A stretch of 17,809 nt of DNA from a virus (taxonomy: Duplodnaviria; Heunggongvirae; Uroviricota; Caudoviricetes; Crassvirales): positions 64,001-81,809 of IMG/VR virus record IMGVR_UViG_3300042448_001903. The stretch is one strand, 5' to 3'. Each line of letters opens with the position of its first letter. Position 1 is the first letter of the stretch. The notes under the pieces were generated by a model that searched no databases, was not told the origin of the DNA, and saw only the letters and a program-made list of their open reading frames with translations. A program made the translations under genes and the position numbers. Shown one piece after another: positions 1-6,750 of this stretch.

Positions 1-1
1 T

Positions 2-160
2 GATATAAATTTATTAAAAGCCAAAATAGAGCATTTAGAGAAAGAGCAGGAAAAAACAAAAGAGTTTAAAAATAAAATTATGTGGACCGTGGGTATATTA
101 GTATCTATAGGGGCCATATTACAATATATTACAAACTTATATTCAAATTTTAAAAAATAA
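2..160 (+). CDS. 5'-truncated small membrane protein (coiled coil plus C-terminal TM helix), lysis-region associated
   Basis: Frame 2 is open from the window edge: DINLLKAKIEHLEKEQEKTKEFKNKIMWTVGILVSIGAILQYITNLYSNFKK*. Charged heptad stretch, then a hydrophobic helix. Not in the ORF track. Confidence 0.6.
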   Translation, partial: DINLLKAKIEHLEKEQEKTKEFKNKIMWTVGILVSIGAILQYITNLYSNFKK

Positions 161-161
161 T

Positions 162-353
162 ATGGAAAACAAAAATATAAACTGGATGAATTTTACAGGG
201 AGTCTTATTGTTATAATAATGTCTTTAAGCATTTTTTATACATTAATGGATAAAGAAATTCCTACATCTAATAGAGAATTATTAATAGCTTTCGTGGCTT
301 CATTATTTGGGGCAACAGTGGCATCAATTAAAAAAATAACAGGAGGAAAATAG
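162..353 (+). CDS. small two-TM membrane protein, holin/antiholin candidate
   Basis: 63 aa with two hydrophobic segments (FTGSLIVIIMSLSIFYTLM; LLIAFVASLFGATVA) and a basic C-terminus, upstream of the endolysin. Confidence 0.5.
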   Translation: MENKNINWMNFTGSLIVIIMSLSIFYTLMDKEIPTSNRELLIAFVASLFGATVASIKKITGGK

Positions 354-354
354 T

Positions 355-615
355 ATGATAAAGAAGTTTATTAATTTTATAGGAGGATTTTTTTCATCTT
401 CCAGCGAGAACTCTAGTAAAAGACTTGTAGGTATTGTAGGTGCATTCACTTTTTTCTACACTTTTCACGTAAATTCAAAAACAGAAGAACATTTTACCAC
501 TTCAGATACTTTTATCTGGGCTAATGTAATTGTTATTTCAGTGGCTTTAGGCCTCACTAGTGTAGAATCTATAGGTAATATAGTGGCTAAAATAAAAAAC
601 CCTTCAGAAAAATAA
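355..615 (+). CDS. holin candidate (two TM helices)
   Basis: 86 aa; SSKRL followed by a TM helix, a second TM (FIWANVIVISVALGL) and a charged tail; directly upstream of the endolysin. Confidence 0.55.
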   Translation: MIKKFINFIGGFFSSSSENSSKRLVGIVGAFTFFYTFHVNSKTEEHFTTSDTFIWANVIVISVALGLTSVESIGNIVAKIKNPSEK

Positions 616-640
616 TTTAATTATAAAAAAATCATAATAT

Positions 641-1120
641 ATGCAACTATCAGAACATTTATCATTAGCAGAAGTGATGCGCAGTGAGTCTGCAAAAAGA
701 CATGGTATATCTAATATGCCTACAGAAGAGCATATTGAAAACTTTAAAAAGCTTGCTTTAAATATTTTTGAACCTATTCGTACTTATTTTAATGTAGCTA
801 TTCATGTATCATCTGGATATAGATCTGCTGCTCTAAATAGAGCAATAGGAGGAGCAGTAAGTTCTCAACACTGCAAAGGGGAGGCTATAGATATAGATAT
901 GGATGGTACTTCTATTACTAATAAGCAAATATTTGATTATATTAAAGACAACTTAAAATTTGACCAATTAATAGCAGAATTTCCTAGAAAAAATAACCCA
1001 GAATGGGTTCACGTTTCTTTTTCATCGTCGGGGAATCAGAGAAATCAAATTCTAGTAGCACAAAAAATCAATGGTAAAACTGTATACATTCCTTATAAAT
1101 CAGATAAAGATTTAATTTAA
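641..1120 (+). CDS. endolysin, peptidase M15 (Zn metallopeptidase)
   Basis: SSGYRS...N..IGG..SSQH..GEAID and WVHVS motifs supply the His/Asp/His Zn ligands typical of Peptidase_M15_3. Confidence 0.9.
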   Translation: MQLSEHLSLAEVMRSESAKRHGISNMPTEEHIENFKKLALNIFEPIRTYFNVAIHVSSGYRSAALNRAIGGAVSSQHCKGEAIDIDMDGTSITNKQIFDYIKDNLKFDQLIAEFPRKNNPEWVHVSFSSSGNQRNQILVAQKINGKTVYIPYKSDKDLI

Positions 1121-1764
1121 TGGCTTATTTATACCGTCATATTAGATTGGACCTAGATCAACCTTTTTATATTGGTGTTGGACTGTCTAATGATACACTT
1201 TATAGAAGAGCTTATAATAGTAAAAACAGAAATAATTATTGGAAAAATATTGTTAATAAAACTAATTATGAAGTAGAAATTATTTTAGAAGATTTAACTA
1301 ACGAAGAAGCATTTAAAAAAGAAATAGAATTTATTAAAATTTACGGAAAAAAATCTAATGGAGGTATTTTATGCAATATAGCAGATGGTGGAAATGGAGG
1401 TTTTTTAGGTAAAGATGTTAATATTTTAAGAAGTATAGCTCTTAAAGGACATAAACTATCTGTGGAAACTAAAGATAAAATCCGTAAAAAAGCTAAAGGA
1501 AGAAAAGCCTCTGCAGAAACAAAAATTAAAATGTCTAAAACACATAAAGACAAAAAAACTGGGCATTGGTTAAAAAGTGTGGGTCATTATAATGGAAGAG
1601 CTAAAAAAGTTTATCAATTTGATATAAGTAATAATTTTATTAAAGAGTGGGAGTGTGGTTCTTATGCATCTAAAGAATTAGGTATAAATAAAAGTTGTAT
1701 ATCTGAAGCTATAAAAGGAAACCAAAAAACAGCAGGAGGGTATATTTGGAAATTTTATAAATAG
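1120..1764 (+). CDS. free-standing GIY-YIG homing endonuclease with NUMOD3 repeats and a NUMOD1-like C-terminal HTH
   Basis: N-terminal YLY...FYIG with downstream R and E; GHKLSVETKDKIR and GRKASAETKIKMS repeats; C-terminal KKVYQFD...ASKELGINKSCIS...TAGGYIW. Its start overlaps the endolysin stop (TAATG). Confidence 0.85.
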   Translation: MAYLYRHIRLDLDQPFYIGVGLSNDTLYRRAYNSKNRNNYWKNIVNKTNYEVEIILEDLTNEEAFKKEIEFIKIYGKKSNGGILCNIADGGNGGFLGKDVNILRSIALKGHKLSVETKDKIRKKAKGRKASAETKIKMSKTHKDKKTGHWLKSVGHYNGRAKKVYQFDISNNFIKEWECGSYASKELGINKSCISEAIKGNQKTAGGYIWKFYK

Positions 1765-1769
1765 AAAGT

Positions 1770-2369
1770 ATGAATAAAAATTTATTGTCAATTATTATAA
1801 TTGTATTGTTTGGTCTGGTTATTCTCCAAAGATGTAACACAGGAGAAAAGGATATTCCAGCTCTTAAGATAGATACAGTGTTAGTTCCTATTCTTGTGCA
1901 CGACACTGTACAGGCTAAACCAAAGCTAATTAAATCAAAAGCAGACACTTTATGGAGAGATAGTGTTAGAACAATTACAGACTCTGCTTCGTATAAAACT
2001 ATTTTAGAAAATTATTATTCTTTGGGAGATAAGTATTATGAAAAAAATACATATCAAACAGAGTTTAAAATTAAAGATTATGGTTCTGCTATTGTTACAG
2101 ACACTGTATTTAATAACAAATTAATAGGTACTAGTCTTATTGCAGATCTTTTAATTCCAGAAAAAACTATAACAATTGAAAAACCTATTCCTGCTAAAAA
2201 TCAATTATATGTAGGAGGAGGAATTATGGGAAACCCATCTTCTATTATATCTGGAATAAATACAGGCTTATTGTTTAAAGACAAAAAAGACAAAATAATT
2301 GGAGTTTCTGTTATATATAATGGAAATATACAATATGGTATAAATTCTTATTGGAAAATAAAATTCTAA
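1770..2369 (+). CDS. membrane-anchored lipoprotein, spanin-like lysis protein candidate
   Basis: MNKN, then a hydrophobic stretch ending LQRC (Cys22, lipobox-like); C-terminal amphipathic beta-strands ending YWKIKF; last large gene of the lysis cassette. Confidence 0.5.
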   Translation: MNKNLLSIIIIVLFGLVILQRCNTGEKDIPALKIDTVLVPILVHDTVQAKPKLIKSKADTLWRDSVRTITDSASYKTILENYYSLGDKYYEKNTYQTEFKIKDYGSAIVTDTVFNNKLIGTSLIADLLIPEKTITIEKPIPAKNQLYVGGGIMGNPSSIISGINTGLLFKDKKDKIIGVSVIYNGNIQYGINSYWKIKF

Positions 2370-2372
2370 AAA

Positions 2373-2495
2373 ATGGCAAAGTCAATAACTAAAGCAAACA
2401 AGATTTCTTTTGGAAAAAGAAAGTCTGGAAAAGCTAAGAAATCTTCTGGTCCTAAAGACAAAAAAGTATCTAAATATCAAGGACAGGGGAGATAA
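2373..2495 (+). CDS. 40-aa basic micro-protein (MAKSITKANKISFGKRKSGKAKKSSGPKDKKVSKYQGQGR)
   Basis: ATG 3 nt after the preceding stop, A-rich leader, TAA at 2493-2495. Below the ORF-track cutoff and translated by hand. Confidence 0.7.
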   Translation: MAKSITKANKISFGKRKSGKAKKSSGPKDKKVSKYQGQGR

Positions 2496-2550
2496 TTAAA
2501 TTAGTTATTTTCTCTTAATTAAAATCATTATTCTATTTATTTCAAGTTCA

Positions 2551-2580
2551 TTGATTATATTAAAAAACAATATATCTTTG
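2551..2580 (+). promoter_or_regulatory. Bacteroidota housekeeping-sigma promoter (-33 TTG / -7 TAnnTTTG)
   Basis: TTG at 2551-2553, 19-nt spacer, TATCTTTG at 2573-2580; intergenic, 19 nt before the GTG start at 2600. Confidence 0.75.
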
Positions 2581-2599
2581 AACATTAAAATTTTGTATT

Positions 2600-3940
2600 G
2601 TGAGCATACCAAGTAAACAGATAGGCTGGAGCAATGAATCCAATCTCCTTTGGGGAATTTGGAATGATTTGAATAAAGTGAGCAAAGCTGTAAACTGTTG
2701 TACTAATAACAATAGCCCATCAAATCCTACAAATGTTGTACTACCGTCAGTAGCTTCAGATTCTTTTGGTAGACTTAGAGTGTCTGAACCTTTTACGCTT
2801 TTTGACTCTAGTCATAGATATGCAGATAATAATTTATGGTCTACACTAACTAATGTTGGTGGAACTGCAGTATTTAATCAAAATCAAGGATTAGTTGATT
2901 TAAATGTGACAGCAGCATTAAACTCTGAAGTGGTAAGAGAAACTATAAAAGTGTTTTCTTATCAACCAGGTAAGTCCCTTCTTGTGTTGAACACATTTGT
3001 AATGAGTCCAGCTAAAACTGGATTAAGACAACGCATTGGTTATTATGGAAATGATAATGGTTTTTATTTAGAACAAAATAATAGTTCTGTGTCTTTTGTA
3101 GAAAGAAGCATAGTGACTGGTTCTTTAGTTAACACCCCTATTTTACAGACTAATTGGAATGGAGATAAATTAAACGGTTCAGGACCTTCAGGATTAACAC
3201 TAGATCTAACTAAAGCTCAAATTCTTTGGATGGACGTTGAGTGGTTAGGTGTAGGATCTGTACGTATGGGATTTGTAATAAATGGGCAATTTATTGTTTG
3301 TCACACATTTAACCACGCAAACCTAATTGCTAGTACATATATTACAACTGCCTCACTACCATTACGTTATGAGATTAAAAATAATACAGAAACTTCAGGA
3401 GTGAGTACATTAAAACAGATTTGTTCTACGGTTATTTCTGAAGGTGGTTATGAGCTTGCAGGATTACAACAATCTGCTGGCACATCTATTACAGCCGCTA
3501 GAACTTTCGCTGTTGCTGGTACTTACTATCCAATTGTATCTGTTAAACTTAAAACTGCAAGACTTGATGCTATTGTTATTGTAACAGCTATTTCCCTTTT
3601 AGGGATTGGTAATGGTAAAAGTTATCAATGGAGAGTTGTTGCAAGTGGAACAACTACTGGTGGATCTTGGACAGATGCTGGTGCTAATTCTGCTGTACAA
3701 TATAATCTAACAGGCACTAGTGCAACAGGTGGAAGAATTTTAGCAAGTGGGTTTGTTAATTCCTCAAATCAAGGATCTCCATCAATAAATATATTAAAAG
3801 AAGCTTTATTTGCTAACCAACTAGAACGAAATGGATTAACAGGAACAGCTTATGAAATTATAATAGAAATGGCTGTAAGCACAGTTTCTGGTGGTGAGGG
3901 TGCATTTGCTTCTATAGACTGGGAAGAAGTTAGTAGATAG
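2600..3940 (+). CDS. putative virion fibre/decoration protein (short N-terminal module, linker, beta-rich lectin-like body)
   Basis: 446 aa, GTG start. Rich in G/S/T/N/V with a beta-strand pattern (FGRLRVS, YQPGKS, QRIGYY, WMDVEWLGVGSVRMG). The N-terminal SKQIGWSNESNLLW segment is separated from the body by a CCTNNNSPSNP linker. Function is inferred. Confidence 0.5.
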   Translation: MSIPSKQIGWSNESNLLWGIWNDLNKVSKAVNCCTNNNSPSNPTNVVLPSVASDSFGRLRVSEPFTLFDSSHRYADNNLWSTLTNVGGTAVFNQNQGLVDLNVTAALNSEVVRETIKVFSYQPGKSLLVLNTFVMSPAKTGLRQRIGYYGNDNGFYLEQNNSSVSFVERSIVTGSLVNTPILQTNWNGDKLNGSGPSGLTLDLTKAQILWMDVEWLGVGSVRMGFVINGQFIVCHTFNHANLIASTYITTASLPLRYEIKNNTETSGVSTLKQICSTVISEGGYELAGLQQSAGTSITAARTFAVAGTYYPIVSVKLKTARLDAIVIVTAISLLGIGNGKSYQWRVVASGTTTGGSWTDAGANSAVQYNLTGTSATGGRILASGFVNSSNQGSPSINILKEALFANQLERNGLTGTAYEIIIEMAVSTVSGGEGAFASIDWEEVSR

Positions 3941-3962
3941 TAACAATAAAAAAAATATAAAA

Positions 3963-4106
3963 ATGGCAATAATTTCTAAACAAATAGGACAGAGCGCAGA
4001 ATATAATCTTCTCTATGAAATTTTAAAACAAATGCAGAGATTGAATTATTCTATAGGACAGCTCTTACCCTCTACAACCACTACAACCACTACTTTAGCT
4101 CCTTAA
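3963..4106 (+). CDS. 47-aa micro-protein with a poly-Thr tail (MAIISKQIGQSAEYNLLYEILKQMQRLNYSIGQLLPSTTTTTTTLAP)
   Basis: Translated by hand; ATG after an A-rich leader; TAA at 4104-4106. Its N-terminus aligns with that of the 446-aa protein, which supports real coding status. Confidence 0.8.
   Translation: MAIISKQIGQSAEYNLLYEILKQMQRLNYSIGQLLPSTTTTTTTLAP
4068..4103 (+). repeat. coding low-complexity unit PS-T7-LAP
   Basis: ccc tct aca acc act aca acc act act tta gct cct; Thr codons are mixed. Confidence 0.85.
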
Positions 4107-4129
4107 TAAAAAAACCAATAACTACATAT

Positions 4130-5146
4130 ATGAAGGATCTCAGATTTATCTGTGTGCAACCTAGTGATAATTATTTTGTTTGGCAAGTACATTTATGGTT
4201 GGAAAGTCTTAGAAATATAGGACATTCAGATAAAGCCACGGTGCTTATTTTTAATCCTAAAAATAGATCTAAAAATACAAATTGGCAGAAGGTGATTGAT
4301 CTTTACCCAGAATCTGAGTTCGCTTTTTATGACGATCTACATAATATAAATAGTCTTATTAGAATTTATATTCCTATAATTAGGCCCTATTGCTTAATGA
4401 GACACTTTAACGAACATCCAGAGTTAAAAGAAAAAGCAATATTTTATTGTGATAGTGATGTTATTTTTACAGAGAATTTTAATATAGATGCTTACAAAGA
4501 GGGTGATATTTGTTATCTATCTAATACAAATAGCTACATAAATGCTTCATATTTTGATAGTAAGACAAAAGATGTTCTTCCAGATAAATTAGAAGAATAT
4601 AAAAAGAAGGACATTTTACAAGAAACTACGGTTTTAGCAGGTATTAATAGACAAATAGCAGAAGAAAATAATTCTCATTCTGGAGGAGCTCAATATTTTC
4701 TAAAGAATATAGATGGTAAATTCTGGGAAAAAGTCTTGTCAGATTGTATATCAATAAGACTTCATTTACAAAATGTAAACAAACAGTTTTTTGAGAGCGA
4801 ATCTAAAGGATTTCAAAGCTGGTGTGCAGATATGTGGAGTGTGTTATATAATCTTTGGTATAATAAATTAGAAACCAAGGTGATTGCAGAAATGGATTTT
4901 GCATGGGCTACAGATTCAATTCAAAAATTAGATAGAGTGGGTATTCTTCATAATGCAGGAATAGTGAGTGACAGAGGAAATGGTTATCCTGCTTTTTATA
5001 AAGGAAAATATCATACAGGAACGGATCCTTTAAAAGATCCTTATTTACAAGAAATACTTAATAGTGAAGAAAGTAAGAAATTTTGTACTCATTATTATTT
5101 AACAAAATTGTTCGATATTAAACAAAAATATAATATTAATTATTAA
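4130..5146 (+). CDS. GT-A fold glycosyltransferase resembling plant peptide O-glycosyltransferases (HPAT GT95 / SERGT1 GT96)
   Basis: Ordered motifs: YFVWQ (15-19), YIPIIRPY (80-87), FYCDSDVIF (DxD 108-110), SGGAQY, WCADMW (231-236), ILHNAG (274-277). GT-A status is well supported by the DxD context and late His. The GT95/96 link is recalled motif similarity only. Confidence 0.65.
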   Translation: MKDLRFICVQPSDNYFVWQVHLWLESLRNIGHSDKATVLIFNPKNRSKNTNWQKVIDLYPESEFAFYDDLHNINSLIRIYIPIIRPYCLMRHFNEHPELKEKAIFYCDSDVIFTENFNIDAYKEGDICYLSNTNSYINASYFDSKTKDVLPDKLEEYKKKDILQETTVLAGINRQIAEENNSHSGGAQYFLKNIDGKFWEKVLSDCISIRLHLQNVNKQFFESESKGFQSWCADMWSVLYNLWYNKLETKVIAEMDFAWATDSIQKLDRVGILHNAGIVSDRGNGYPAFYKGKYHTGTDPLKDPYLQEILNSEESKKFCTHYYLTKLFDIKQKYNINY

Positions 5147-5158
5147 AAAACGATTATT

Positions 5159-5362
5159 ATGAGTAATAAGAAAGACTTAAAAGCCTTTGTTCGCTTTGAT
5201 GGAAGCGGAAGAGTCGTTGCTGGTAGCTTAATTTTAAGAAGAAAAGCTCCTAAAGTGGGTAAATGGCATGAAATTCCTGCGTATGAATGTTGCAATCCAA
5301 CAACTACCACTACTACAACAGTTGCACCAACAACAACTACCACCACTACAGCACCTTTATAA
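5159..5362 (+). CDS. 67-aa protein: compact N-terminal module, CC, then a double poly-Thr tail; putative virion accessory protein
   Basis: ORF track. LKAFVRFDGSGRVVAGSLILRRKAPKVGKWHEIPAYECCN followed by PT7VAPT7APL. Confidence 0.75.
   Translation: MSNKKDLKAFVRFDGSGRVVAGSLILRRKAPKVGKWHEIPAYECCNPTTTTTTTVAPTTTTTTTAPL
5297..5359 (+). repeat. two tandem coding units P-T7-VAP / T7-APL
   Basis: cca aca act acc act act aca aca gtt gca cca aca aca act acc acc act aca gca cct tta. Confidence 0.85.
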
Positions 5363-5372
5363 AATTAGATAA

Positions 5373-5795
5373 ATGGCATTAAAATCATTATTTCCTGAAG
5401 ACATGATAAAATCAACTGGGGGAGAACTTTCCCCAGATGTTGTAGCTACAAAGCTTACATATTTTGAGCTTCAATTACACAATTTACATTGGGCCACAAG
5501 AAGTTATGCAGAACATCAAGCTCTTGGCGGTCTTTATGATAAAGTGTTTGATTTTAAAGATGAGATTGTAGAAAAGATTATGGGATATACAGGCACTAGA
5601 GCTAAGATAGGAACATGTGCTCCATTTAAAGACTATGGTGTAGGTGTTTCAGAGCAAGTGGTTAGTGATTTGATTAGTTTTGCTAAACAACTTGAAAACT
5701 ATGCATCAGCTAATAACATGCCTGATATTGAAAATATTGCTCAATCTTTAAGCGGAGAAGCAGCAAAAACTAAATATTTATTAACACTTAGTTAA
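5373..5795 (+). CDS. ferritin-like / Dps-like four-helix bundle protein
   Basis: LQLHNLHWAT..YAEHQALGGLYD....KDEIVEKIMG follows the Dps pattern H..HW.......H...D.....D.I.E. Confidence 0.75.
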   Translation: MALKSLFPEDMIKSTGGELSPDVVATKLTYFELQLHNLHWATRSYAEHQALGGLYDKVFDFKDEIVEKIMGYTGTRAKIGTCAPFKDYGVGVSEQVVSDLISFAKQLENYASANNMPDIENIAQSLSGEAAKTKYLLTLS

Positions 5796-6079
5796 TGCAA
5801 TTAAATAAGAAGTTTTTTCCTGAAGTGATGCAAGACAATGAGCTTGCTTATTTTCAGCATTTGATAGGAGTGATAGATTCTGTGGATGAACTTTCTACAT
5901 TAGAAATAACAAAAAATCCATATTCATATCATTTTAGATTGGCCCCATCACTTCCTAAATATAATGAACTTCTTCTAGAGGAAATACTAAAACTACATAA
6001 TATATTTCAAATAAAACTTAATATAAGCAAGAGTATAAAATCTAGTGCTACAATAGTTTTTGAAATTACATTAAATTAG
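5795..6079 (+). CDS. hypothetical protein
   Basis: 94-aa ORF coupled to the ferritin-like gene by TAATG. Confidence 0.7.
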   Translation: MQLNKKFFPEVMQDNELAYFQHLIGVIDSVDELSTLEITKNPYSYHFRLAPSLPKYNELLLEEILKLHNIFQIKLNISKSIKSSATIVFEITLN

Positions 6080-6089
6080 TATATCTTTG
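6059..6089 (+). promoter_or_regulatory. Bacteroidota housekeeping-sigma promoter (-33 TTTG / -7 TAnnTTTG)
   Basis: TTTG at 6059-6062, 19-nt spacer, TATCTTTG at 6082-6089, 23 nt before the ATG at 6113. Confidence 0.75.
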
Positions 6090-6112
6090 TTTATAAACCA
6101 AAAATTAAATAT

Positions 6113-6388
6113 ATGTCAGATTTAAAAGTTGTTCCTCAGGAACCTAATCAAGAAACTCCAACATTCAATCCTAACAAGAAATACACTTGGTCTCAGGACA
6201 CACAGTTTTCTTTATCTGGAGGAGAATTTGGATTTTTATTAAATTCATTGAGAGCAATTATTTCTACACCAGAAGCTCAAACAATTCTTTTAGCAAATAA
6301 AGCAGCTGATATTGTTGAGAATTTATTAGCAAATTCAGTGAAAGAAGGAATTGTAGTAGAGATTCCAGAATCTTCTAAAGAATTATAA
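6113..6388 (+). CDS. hypothetical protein
   Basis: 91-aa ORF with an A-rich leader (aaaccaaaaattaaatat), downstream of the promoter. Confidence 0.7.
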   Translation: MSDLKVVPQEPNQETPTFNPNKKYTWSQDTQFSLSGGEFGFLLNSLRAIISTPEAQTILLANKAADIVENLLANSVKEGIVVEIPESSKEL

Positions 6389-6399
6389 AATTTATTAAA

Positions 6400-6750
6400 A
6401 TGCCCAATGTTAAAAAAATTGTTAAATACCAAGCTGGAGGTGTAGCAAAACCAGCAAAACGTGTAGGACCTATAGATCCTAAAGGTGCTTGGACAAAGGT
6501 GCAAGAACGTACATTAGCTGATAAAAAAGCTCCTAAAGTGCCTCTTACAAAGGACAAACAATTAGGTGCTACAACAATGAAAAAAGGTGGTAAAGTAAAA
6601 AAAAACTGGATAGGTGATGTAGCTGCTTCTATTAAACGTAGGGGTACAGAGGGAAAATGCACTCCTATATCTAAACCAGGATGTACAGGAAAAGCTAAAG
6701 CTCTTGCAAAAACTTTTAAAAAAATTGCTGCAAAACGCAAAGCTAAATAA
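6400..6750 (+). CDS. Lys-rich basic protein 1 (putative DNA-binding / virion cargo)
   Basis: MPNVKKIVKYQAGG start; MKKGGKVKK at residues 60-68; strongly basic. Confidence 0.7.
   Translation: MPNVKKIVKYQAGGVAKPAKRVGPIDPKGAWTKVQERTLADKKAPKVPLTKDKQLGATTMKKGGKVKKNWIGDVAASIKRRGTEGKCTPISKPGCTGKAKALAKTFKKIAAKRKAK

Noticed and set aside
1120-1764. Group I intron around the GIY-YIG gene
   Set aside because: The flanking genes look intact and abut the ORF directly, leaving no space for an intron core.
4074-5352. ACN trinucleotide runs as microsatellite or CRISPR-like repeats
   Set aside because: They are in-frame Thr codons with varied third positions, with no repeat-spacer structure. No CRISPR array, tRNA or rRNA was seen in the window.
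6077-6112. TAG at 6077-6079 is followed by 11 sense codons in frame with the 6113 gene, which suggests amber recoding or readthrough as in some crAss-like phages
   Set aside because: RecA, NrdJ, PhoH and dUTPase are complete under code 11. Other TAG stops are followed shortly by further stops (3940 TAG TAA; 1764 TAG AAA GTA TGA), and the gap holds a promoter and a normal leader.
6597-6605. A9 run and other poly-A tracts in the Lys-rich genes as programmed slippage sites
   Set aside because: Expected from consecutive AAA Lys codons in an AT-rich genome; no alternative-frame extension or stimulatory structure was evident.
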